Of a stretch of 64,000 nucleotides of DNA, positions 40,426 to 47,675 are shown piece by piece (position 1 is the stretch's first letter; every line of letters begins with the position of its first letter). The DNA is from an uncultured Eubacteriales bacterium (lineage in GTDB: Bacteria; Bacillota; Clostridia; Oscillospirales; Acutalibacteraceae), in assembly GCA_934486705.1 (NCBI GenBank), contig CAKSQS010000005.1:18120-82119 (forward strand), given 5' to 3'. A program made the position numbers and the translations under genes. The notes below the pieces were generated by a model. The model ran no database searches and was not told the DNA's origin. It worked only from the letters and a program-made list of their open reading frames with translations.

Positions 40426-40460
40426 AACAAAAAAAGACCGCCCTGCAAAAAGCAGGACGG
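40426..40460 (-). terminator. rho-independent terminator after the HTH regulator gene
   Basis: The minus strand reads CCGTCCTGC-ttttt-GCAGGGCGG followed by TCTTTTTTTG. The one non-Watson-Crick pair is G-U only on the minus strand. Confidence 0.7.
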
Positions 40461-40470
40461 CATACAAATT

Positions 40471-40851
40471 TTACTCGTCTATGGGGCTTCCCAACAGAGG
40501 CAATCCCTCGTCATAAAGGAAGCTGTTTGCTTGATCGATGTTCATTTTCTCGGCTATTATTTTATCCCAGCATTTTAAATAGGGGAATGCGAGACTGAAC
40601 AATTCTTTTGTTTCTTTTGAATCTAACCCTAAAGCCACACAAACGCTCATAACAATGCGGTCTGTAGGCTGATATGTACTGCCTTTATCGTTGCTGTTAC
40701 GGCATATACGGCTTACGGTAGCTCTTGTTAACATACTCTTTCTGATTAAATCAGCTTGTGTCATTTTTTTGATCTTCAGATACTTTTTAACGGAGTCTGA
40801 AAAACTGTTTACTTCTTTGTTGTAGTTGTTGTTTTGCGGGTTAATTGTCAA
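40471..40851 (-). CDS. XRE-family helix-turn-helix regulator
   Basis: KKMTQADLIRKSMLTRATVSRICRN is an HTH_XRE pattern. TTG start. Confidence 0.65.
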   Translation of the reverse strand: MTINPQNNNYNKEVNSFSDSVKKYLKIKKMTQADLIRKSMLTRATVSRICRNSNDKGSTYQPTDRIVMSVCVALGLDSKETKELFSLAFPYLKCWDKIIAEKMNIDQANSFLYDEGLPLLGSPIDE

Positions 40852-40859
40852 TAAGACAA

Positions 40860-41500
40860 CCCCGATTTTCGGTTAACCGATTATTCTGCACTCGGAGGCG
40901 GAGACAAGTTTAAAATATGCCCAAATGCTATGGATACAGAAATACAGTGTATTAACCATGGCACCACCTCCTTCTTAAAAAGGGTGAAAAGTTTATAGGT
41001 TGACTTTCCGCCTCCGGGAGCAAAAACAACAAGTTCTCTCTTGGTAGTGAAAAGAGTACAACAATAATGCTGTACTCTTCCACCTTTTTCTCTTATGGAC
41101 TCACGTATGAGTTTTAACCGTCAGGGCAGACTGCCCCTATACACGGGTTGTAAATGGTCATTTGATATTGCCGTCAGTCCCGATCACGCTAAAGCATGTC
41201 CGACAGCAAGACAGGCGGGGTTTTCCTTGTTCTGCGGGTTGTGCGGAACGATGGATTTCGCCTGGGCCTGTCTCGGCTACTTTCCATTACTAGGCACTAA
41301 AAAACATAAACGGACTCATTACTCAAACCAAAATCATTGCGGACACGCCGCATTATTTCACATCAAACCTTGCACCCTTAGCCTATAACTCCCGAAGTTC
41401 GCACTTTGTCCGTCCTAAAGGCGTCGGGTAGGTCGAAAGCGGTGAGCAAAAAGTGTGGTTCACAGTCTTTTCATTTGCGGTACTAACCCACCGCAAGCAA
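40860..41500 (+). ncRNA. candidate structured non-coding RNA, unclassified
   Basis: A >1.1 kb gap has no credible ORF. Many helices are present, and two of them contain G-U pairs only if transcribed from the plus strand (40891-40902 with 41007-41018; 41229-41235 with 41243-41249). Strand and ends are uncertain. Confidence 0.3.
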
Positions 41501-41740
41501 GAAACTGTGCAAATTTTACCAATTTCATTCTAACTCTGTTTAACAGTAATGTCAAGCATAAATTTTGAAAAAACTTGTTTACTAAGAATTAAATGGATTT
41601 AGGAGAAATGTAGTGATATAAATCAAGTATAAAGTGCAATTCATTTTGTGCTTTTGAAAGCGAAACGCATAAAAATGACTTTGTTGTTCTGCCGAAATTA
41701 ACAAATATCTGTTCCGAGGTGCTTCTTAGGGCTAAAACAC

Positions 41741-41768
41741 TTTACATTTTTCCTTATTATGGTATAAT
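41741..41768 (+). promoter_or_regulatory. sigma-A type promoter for the cargo genes
   Basis: TTTACA (41741-41746), 16-nt spacer, extended -10 TGGTATAAT (41760-41768). Confidence 0.5.
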
Positions 41769-41982
41769 AAACTCATGATTTATTTTTTGAAAAACAGGTT
41801 TCGATTTATATACAACATAATGCCTATCGTGTTATAATTATAATCGGTGATGGGGTTGTGCTGATATGCTGTTTTTAAGAATCCCAGTTAAAAAGTGATG
41901 AATTTTAACAGGTATTTGTCGATTTGAGAATAAGAGTACTATTTATTATTTTGCAACATAATGGCATTAGTAAAAATAAAAA

Positions 41983-44145
41983 ATGAGGGGAAAAAGCGCA
42001 ATGGATTTTAAGGAAAATATTGATGAAAATTTAAATTGGGAAAAAGTTAATAAAAAAGATGCTCATTTCTCAAAAAATATAACAGATAAATCCGTTTTAA
42101 ATTTTTCCTGTACAGAATGTTCATGGTGTAAATCTAAGCTGATTAAGACACAAAACAAAAACGAATATGAGATGTTTAAAAAATTAATCAAAACTGAAAT
42201 TTTAAACATTCCTTTTGATTTTGCTGCCAAAAGCGAAGAAGCTGCATTTAATAAATTCAAAAAAATGGGATTTCCAATATATAAAAATGAATTACACCTT
42301 CCATTGAGATGTAATTACAGTTATGAAAAACTGTTTGCTCCAAAAAACAATTATAGAATTAAAGGTTCATATCATTTTGAAATAAGCACACAATCAATTG
42401 ATTATTATCCATACTTTAAGGTATGCCCTTGCTGTGGAAATGATGTTTATTCAGCAAATGAAGAGATTGAGAAACTTGAGAAAATGGAATATGATAAACT
42501 AATAACCAAATATAAATCGAAAGCTGAAAAATTCAATTCCAAAATTGATTTATCTAAATTTGATATTTGTGGCTATTTAGGGACTTTAGTTGAATTATAT
42601 AAGGAATCATATATTCTTGAAAAACAAATTAAGAGTTTAATTATTGAAAAACATTCCTGTCGAAAAGAAAGCCTCATAGTTAAGACGGCATATATTAATG
42701 CTAACAGAGATAAGAATATTTCTTGTCAATACATTGCTGCCGAGAAAAAGTTAAATGAGCTTCAAGCTGAAAAGGCAAATGGGATTTTATTATCTTCAAT
42801 TGAAAAAAATGCTGCTTGGGAAACATTTCTAGCTAATGACGATGAATGGAATATTTTGACAGTCAAAACGCCGATTGAGCCAGTTAAACCCGAAGAACCA
42901 ACTGCTCCTGAAAAACCAATAAAAGTACAGCCTGCCCCTATAAATTTTGATATGACGCGATTAATCGAGCCTACAGAACCTAATTATTTGCAAGGTAATT
43001 TTTTTAATAAGAGGAGGATTACAAAACAAAACACAGAATTAAAACTCAATTATGAGAGGGCAATAGAAGATTATAAAACTTCATGTCAAGAATATGAAAA
43101 AGCATTAGCTGAATACAAAAAGTTATGTAATGATGCTGATAGGAATTATCGGGTTTCATTAGAAAAATACAATCAAGATCAGATTACTTATACAAATAAT
43201 TATAATGAATTTCTTAACAAAACAAATTTATACTTGATTGAAAAAGCAAAGTATGAGGAGGAAATGAACAATTACAATACAAAATTAAAGAAAATTGAAA
43301 TTCTATCACAGCGCATAGACGATAAAAAGAAAGAAATCTATGAAAAGGCATTACAGAATAAAATCAAACGGATATCTAATGAAGAGGCTGAATTGATTAA
43401 AATTTTAAATGATTTTGATGCAGAATTAAGGGCAAAACTTGAAAAAGAAACATCAGAATTGCCGAAAAAAATTGCTAACGATACTATGGTGAAGTTTTTA
43501 GATGTTGAGACGGCAAATTTGATAAAAGATTTGTTTGAAATTTATGCCGCTATCGATGAATTAAAATCACTTAATGTAATATATCCAAAATACACTGAAT
43601 TTTCTACATTGTGTACCTTGTATGAATATTTTTTGTCGGGGCGAACAAATGAACTTGCTGGACCTCAGGGCGCTTACAATTTATATGAAAGTGAAAAAAG
43701 AGCAGATAATATCATTAATAAATTAGATATAATCAATTACAAATTGGATGACATTTTAAATGAATTAAATGAAGTAAAAAACAACCAAGTTCTTTTATAC
43801 TCAACAATGAAAGAGATAAAAAAGGGAGTGGATAAGCTTAATAGTAATATTTCAAATATGGTTGTTGAAATGGAAGAAATTGGGGATGATTTAATATCTC
43901 ATAAAGATTCTGTAAATTTAAATAGTGATTCGGTTTCTTCAAAATCGAAGCTGCCAACTTCGATAACTTCGCTTTCCTCATATTTGGCGTTGTCATCTTT
44001 TATGGATTCACAAAGGCAATCATTTAATTCTACTGTTAAACAGGCCAGTGTAATAAAAAGAGGAATAGCAGGTGGATTGATAGCCGGACCTGCAGGTGCT
44101 ATTGTTGGTGCACTGAGTGCAGTTGACAAAAATAGAAGAAATTAA
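41983..44145 (+). CDS. large coiled-coil protein with an N-terminal Cys-cluster domain and a C-terminal glycine-zipper membrane helix; unknown function
   Basis: 720-aa ORF in a very AT-rich stretch. It contains CTECSWC...CPCCG, a Pro-rich linker PIEPVKPEEPTAPEKPIKVQPAP, long Lys/Glu/Asn-rich helical regions, and C-terminal GIAGGLIAGPAGAIVGALSAV. The start may be the ATG at 42001 (MDFKE). Confidence 0.7.
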   Translation: MRGKSAMDFKENIDENLNWEKVNKKDAHFSKNITDKSVLNFSCTECSWCKSKLIKTQNKNEYEMFKKLIKTEILNIPFDFAAKSEEAAFNKFKKMGFPIYKNELHLPLRCNYSYEKLFAPKNNYRIKGSYHFEISTQSIDYYPYFKVCPCCGNDVYSANEEIEKLEKMEYDKLITKYKSKAEKFNSKIDLSKFDICGYLGTLVELYKESYILEKQIKSLIIEKHSCRKESLIVKTAYINANRDKNISCQYIAAEKKLNELQAEKANGILLSSIEKNAAWETFLANDDEWNILTVKTPIEPVKPEEPTAPEKPIKVQPAPINFDMTRLIEPTEPNYLQGNFFNKRRITKQNTELKLNYERAIEDYKTSCQEYEKALAEYKKLCNDADRNYRVSLEKYNQDQITYTNNYNEFLNKTNLYLIEKAKYEEEMNNYNTKLKKIEILSQRIDDKKKEIYEKALQNKIKRISNEEAELIKILNDFDAELRAKLEKETSELPKKIANDTMVKFLDVETANLIKDLFEIYAAIDELKSLNVIYPKYTEFSTLCTLYEYFLSGRTNELAGPQGAYNLYESEKRADNIINKLDIINYKLDDILNELNEVKNNQVLLYSTMKEIKKGVDKLNSNISNMVVEMEEIGDDLISHKDSVNLNSDSVSSKSKLPTSITSLSSYLALSSFMDSQRQSFNSTVKQASVIKRGIAGGLIAGPAGAIVGALSAVDKNRRN

Positions 44146-44178
44146 ATAATAAAACTTAAGTGTAGAGGAAGAGAAAAA

Positions 44179-44826
44179 ATGTATCCAATAAATAATATTC
44201 AGGGAATATATAAACAGGAAAGCGAATTAGAAGGTAATCATGTAATAATTTTACTTCTTGTAAAGCCATCTGATACAGGTGCAGATGATTATATAAAAAA
44301 GTTCAATTATTTACACTATCGTTCTAAACGGTACTGCTCGATATATTTGCTTGGATACTCACAGGATTTTCAAGGAAAATACATAGATGCCATTTCTGTA
44401 CAAGGTATAGACCATCAAAAATGGCAATATAGCGATCAATGTTTTTCTGACGCATGCGATGAATTACAAAACCGCTTGTCAAACTGGCACTATTCCGGTG
44501 AGCCAGAAATGATTATTTTGCAGAATAGTTCGAATTCGGATTCAAAGAAATGTTTGAATTTTACAAATTATAATTACATAGATATCAACTATGGTATTGA
44601 AAAACAATACATCGATAGCTTCCCGCGCTTTATGGAAAGACTAATTCAGTCTTGTAAAAATGAAGTCACAGCGGTTGAAGCAATTACTTCAGCCAATAGA
44701 AAGCGCATAAGTCCAAGAAAAGTTATGGAATATGCGATAGAAGAATGCCCTCGCTTACCGCGCCCTGTCAGAAGTATTCTTAAAGACAAATTGTTTTATA
44801 AATCATGTAAAAACAAAGTGGCATAA
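44179..44826 (+). CDS. hypothetical protein, partner of the 720-aa cargo protein
   Basis: 215-aa ORF 33 nt downstream with RBS GAGGAAGAG and the same AT-rich composition. No motif recognised. Confidence 0.65.
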   Translation: MYPINNIQGIYKQESELEGNHVIILLLVKPSDTGADDYIKKFNYLHYRSKRYCSIYLLGYSQDFQGKYIDAISVQGIDHQKWQYSDQCFSDACDELQNRLSNWHYSGEPEMIILQNSSNSDSKKCLNFTNYNYIDINYGIEKQYIDSFPRFMERLIQSCKNEVTAVEAITSANRKRISPRKVMEYAIEECPRLPRPVRSILKDKLFYKSCKNKVA

Positions 44827-45206
44827 TTTGACTTATAATTTGCAATCAAGCAGTAATGCTTGAAATAAAAACTAAGGAGGAACCTTTATGAAAGTGTTAT
44901 CATTAGTAATCTTGGTGACTCTCTTGGTGTTGTAGTGTGCGAAAGCCATTACAAAAATCAAGGGAGTCCCGACCCCTGGTTGGGTAGAGATATTGATAAG
45001 CATCCTCGCCGTAGTAAAATATGGCTTGAAGTTGCTGTCCTTGACTCTCTCTCAATTTTAAGGGTAGGTCTGAACGGCCTAGGGGCACTGCTTTTCAGCG
45101 GTGTCCTAAATTAATGCATTATGAATCTAATATAGCGATGTGGCAAAAAATAATTTTGCCAAGAGCACAAGCGGTAGGGTAGCATTTGCAATTAAATAAA
45201 CTATTT

Positions 45207-45250
45207 AAAAAGCGAGAATTTACTAAAAGTTGTAGATTCTCGCTTTTTAT
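45207..45250. terminator. bidirectional rho-independent terminator after the cargo
   Basis: AAAAGCGAGAAT pairs with ATTCTCGCTTTT (45207-45219 with 45236-45248), A-run before and T-run after. Confidence 0.7.
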
Positions 45251-45455
45251 TACTGATTCAATAAATATTGCTGCATAGGCTCTTTTTTCGTTTTTAAGAT
45301 AAACCTTACTTCACCATTTACTACACCATTTTGGTGTGGACTTGCATAGAGAAATATAAAGATGTATTAAAGTGATTTTTTTAAAACCCGCGGTACTATC
45401 GGGTTTTATGAGATTTTAAGGAGTTATAGGGACATATGAAACGCGGTTCGGCAAT
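45243..45455. mobile_element. relic of a related element end (degenerate att-flank plus integrase 3' end fragment)
   Basis: 45310-45333 (TCACCATTTACTACACCATTTTGG) matches the integrase stop region at 36060-36084. CGTTTTTA and CTTTTTATTACTGATTC resemble the attL-proximal flank. Confidence 0.4.
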
Positions 45456-45498
45456 TACCATTCCTAATTTCATTTATTCCCATATCTCCTTATTTTAT
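45456..45498. repeat. attR core (43-bp direct repeat)
   Basis: Identical to 35988-36030. Confidence 0.9.
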
Positions 45499-45680
45499 AA
45501 GTATTTGATTATTGTAATATATACAGCTTTTCTGAAAATACGAAAAGAGCTGATACGACTTTTATATTATAGCGCATCAGCTCTTCTTTTTCAATATAAA
45601 TAAGTTTAATTTGTTTTTGCGGCGGGGAATAAATAAAAAAACGGGCGAATGCGGAACGGGTTCTGATTTTTTGAGGTATT
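45499..45680. mobile_element. relic of a second related element (int-xis intergenic homolog, integrase deleted)
   Basis: 45541-45610 (CGAAAAGAGCTGATACGACTTTTATATTATAGCGCATCAGCTCTTCTTTTTCAATATAAA) aligns with 37283-37345 between int and xis. Confidence 0.4.
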
Positions 45681-45681
45681 T

Positions 45682-45882
45682 TTAATAAGTATTTTGCTTA
45701 TCTTCAGTTTCAAGTTTTTGAAGGGTTTTCTTTTTAGCCTTTTCTAACAAATTATAGGGGATATTAGGAATTATACATTCAGAGCACTTTCCAAACTCAT
45801 CAACTGAAATCGTATCAAGTGTACATTTTCTGCTTTTTTGGTATATACAGTATTCATTTTCACATATCATTCTAATTACCAT
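45682..45882 (-). CDS. small Cys-rich protein, unknown function
   Basis: 66 aa. CENEYCIYQKSRKC...GKCSECI gives two Cys pairs, followed by a Lys-rich tail. Confidence 0.45.
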   Translation of the reverse strand: MVIRMICENEYCIYQKSRKCTLDTISVDEFGKCSECIIPNIPYNLLEKAKKKTLQKLETEDKQNTY

Positions 45883-45975
45883 AATTTATTATACAGTATC
45901 ATTATTAAAAATGCAACCAAAAAAGGTTATATAAATATAACCGAAAATAAGCATAATATTATTGAGGGTGATATT

Positions 45976-46158
45976 ATGTTTAAGGTGGATAATGAACTGA
46001 AAAGTGCAAATATTCCGCGTACGGTGCGGTTTACCGAGCCGCTTTTTGAAAAGCTTAATAAAACGGCGGCGGAAAACGGCATTTCATTCAATTTGTTGGT
46101 TTTGCAGTGCTGTAAATATGCGCTTGACGATATGCGGGAAAATGATACGCAAAAATAA
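45976..46158 (+). CDS. ribbon-helix-helix (CopG/Arc-like) small DNA-binding protein
   Basis: 60 aa. IPRTVRFTEPLFEKLNKTAAENGISFNLLVLQCCKYAL shows a beta-strand/helix/helix pattern. The ATG at 45976 is preceded by GAGGGTG; the track ORF begins at 45838. Confidence 0.5.
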   Translation: MFKVDNELKSANIPRTVRFTEPLFEKLNKTAAENGISFNLLVLQCCKYALDDMRENDTQK

Positions 46159-46172
46159 TTTTTGATATAAAC

Positions 46173-46208
46173 AAAAGCCGAATGACGGACATATCGCACT
46201 CGGCTTTT
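46173..46208. terminator. bidirectional terminator (end of the minus-strand RiPP block and of the RHH gene)
   Basis: AAAAGCCGA (46173-46181) pairs with TCGGCTTTT (46200-46208). Confidence 0.65.
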
Positions 46209-46230
46209 ATTATATTTAATGCGTGGCTGC

Positions 46231-47637
46231 TTAAAGGGCAATATCCTCGGCGGGGGTGGTGTTTATAAAATCGGGCAGAGTGTTTTTAACGCGCTCATAA
46301 TACCCCTGCTCCCAAAAAAGACATTTTGCGGGGTCAATGCCCAATTTATTGTTTGTAAGCGCCAAAGCGATAGCGCGGCAGCCGCCGAGACAGTGCTCAA
46401 AGTATTTGCATTTCCCGCATTTATCGTTCTTTTCGCGGAGCGTGCCGACCGTCAGGCAGACTTCATCTAAATATTTGCCGCCGCAGAGCAGCTCGCGCAG
46501 CGGCTCTTTTTTTAGATTGCCCGGAATATCGTTATGCTGCTCATAATAGCCCGATTGCTGGTGGCAGGGGAAAACGTTTCCGTTTGCCGCTACGGCTATC
46601 ATTCCGCGGTTTCCGCGGCACACGGGCAGGCTGTCGCGGTATTCGCCGCTGCATGCGCCCACCGCCGCAAGGGAGTAATGCCGTGTTACGGGGTACAGCG
46701 TGCCGAACTGCCACACGGTAAGTACCATTTTGTGTTTTCCCGCGGCATAAGCTTTCCAAAGCTTTAAGGCTTCTTCGTAATATTCATTAAGCGATAATGC
46801 GGCGTTGCCCGCGTTCTGCACCCAGCGCGGCGCCTCTGTTGTGCGTATTATGCGCATTTCGGAAACACCCATACTGTCAAGTAACTCGGCGGTTTTAAGC
46901 ATTGTGTCAAGGTTTTTTCGGTTCACGTTCGTTTGCACCTTAACGGGAAAACCGTTTTCTATGCAAAGCTTTATTGCATTAAGCGCGTTTTCCTCAGCGC
47001 CTTCGCGGTTGCGCATCCAGTCGTGAAAGCCCAGCCCGTCAAAGGAAATTTTCATAAGCGGAACGCAGCCGATTTTTTTAAGCCTTTCAAGAGCGGCGGC
47101 GGTTATGTAATAGCCGTTTGTGTTAATTTCCTCAACAAACATATTACGTTTATAAATCCCCTCAATAATATCAAAGAAATTTTTGTGCAGCATAGGCTCG
47201 CCGCCGGTTATTGTAAAGGCGTTTATTCCGCAGTCATACGCCTCGTCAAGCAGCTTTTCCGCCTCTTCTGCCGTCCACTCGCTTTGCAGCGGCGCATTAT
47301 CCGCCGCGTTAAAGCAGTGAAGACAGTTGTAATTGCACTTGCCGGTTATCATCCAGTTCATAGCGGGAAAATAGCGGTTATCGCAAAGCCGCGGTCTGCT
47401 CCACGGTTCTGTCTCCTCGCCATCTTCCGCTATGCGTATAAAGCCGTTTGCAAGAAATTTTTCGGCAAGCGGGCTGTCCGCAGCGCTCGGTAATTCTGTT
47501 TTTCCGTCGCAAGCGGATAAAAAGTCAAATTCTTCGCCCTTAAGCCCGCACGCGTTGCGCTCGCCCTTTATGTAATAGGCAAAGGGTACAAGCCGCCATG
47601 AGCGCAGGGCAATATTCGGATTTAATACATAATGCAT
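46231..47637 (-). CDS. radical SAM/SPASM-domain peptide maturase
   Basis: CX3CX2C motif GKCNYNCLHCF, GGEPML, and C-terminal auxiliary-cluster Cys (CSGEY...CRGN...FPCH...CGKCKYFEHCLGGCRA). Confidence 0.9.
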   Translation of the reverse strand: MHYVLNPNIALRSWRLVPFAYYIKGERNACGLKGEEFDFLSACDGKTELPSAADSPLAEKFLANGFIRIAEDGEETEPWSRPRLCDNRYFPAMNWMITGKCNYNCLHCFNAADNAPLQSEWTAEEAEKLLDEAYDCGINAFTITGGEPMLHKNFFDIIEGIYKRNMFVEEINTNGYYITAAALERLKKIGCVPLMKISFDGLGFHDWMRNREGAEENALNAIKLCIENGFPVKVQTNVNRKNLDTMLKTAELLDSMGVSEMRIIRTTEAPRWVQNAGNAALSLNEYYEEALKLWKAYAAGKHKMVLTVWQFGTLYPVTRHYSLAAVGACSGEYRDSLPVCRGNRGMIAVAANGNVFPCHQQSGYYEQHNDIPGNLKKEPLRELLCGGKYLDEVCLTVGTLREKNDKCGKCKYFEHCLGGCRAIALALTNNKLGIDPAKCLFWEQGYYERVKNTLPDFINTTPAEDIAL

Positions 47638-47651
47638 AGCTGTAACCTTAC

Positions 47652-47675
47652 AGGCCGCCGAAAAAACGGCAGCCT
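47652..47675 (-). promoter_or_regulatory. stem-loop between the last precursor gene and the maturase gene
   Basis: The minus strand reads AGGCUGCCG-UUUUUU-CGGCGGCCU, 9 bp with one U-G that pairs only on the minus strand. No U-tract follows. Confidence 0.5.

Larger units (their letters stand above)
35988..45498 (-). mobile_element. integrative mobilizable element (int-xis-ftsK-rep module plus AT-rich cargo) inserted at the 5' end of ychF
   Basis: Bounded by identical 43-bp direct repeats. Contains a tyrosine recombinase, an excisionase, an FtsK-like ATPase, an HUH Rep and an HTH regulator. No type IV secretion genes. Confidence 0.85.

Noticed and set aside
41095-41388. A 97-aa plus-strand ORF in the track.
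   Set aside because: It has no RBS and an implausible composition (many Cys, His and Trp, low complexity). It coincides with the helices of the structured region.
40860-41404. An ORF-less group II intron on the minus strand. GTGCG occurs at 41404-41400, the hairpin AAGAGTACA...TGTACTCTT resembles a domain IVa protein-binding stem, and a closing helix surrounds a short ORF.
   Set aside because: I found no domain V (no AGC-triad 34-nt hairpin with a GNRA loop), no recognisable domain VI bulged A, and no reverse-transcriptase ORF. The two wobble-containing helices favour the opposite (plus) strand.
40860-41500. Identity of the structured region as tmRNA, RNase P RNA or SRP RNA, which are common integration targets.
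   Set aside because: The hallmark sequences are absent: no tRNA-like GGGG...UCCACCA ends, no GAGGAAAGUCC P4 motif, and no SRP domain IV motif. The region is also internal to the element, not at its att site.
44903-45088. A 61-aa minus-strand ORF downstream of the cargo genes.
   Set aside because: It has no RBS. It overlaps a set of helices whose G-U pairs work only on the plus strand, so it is more likely non-coding.
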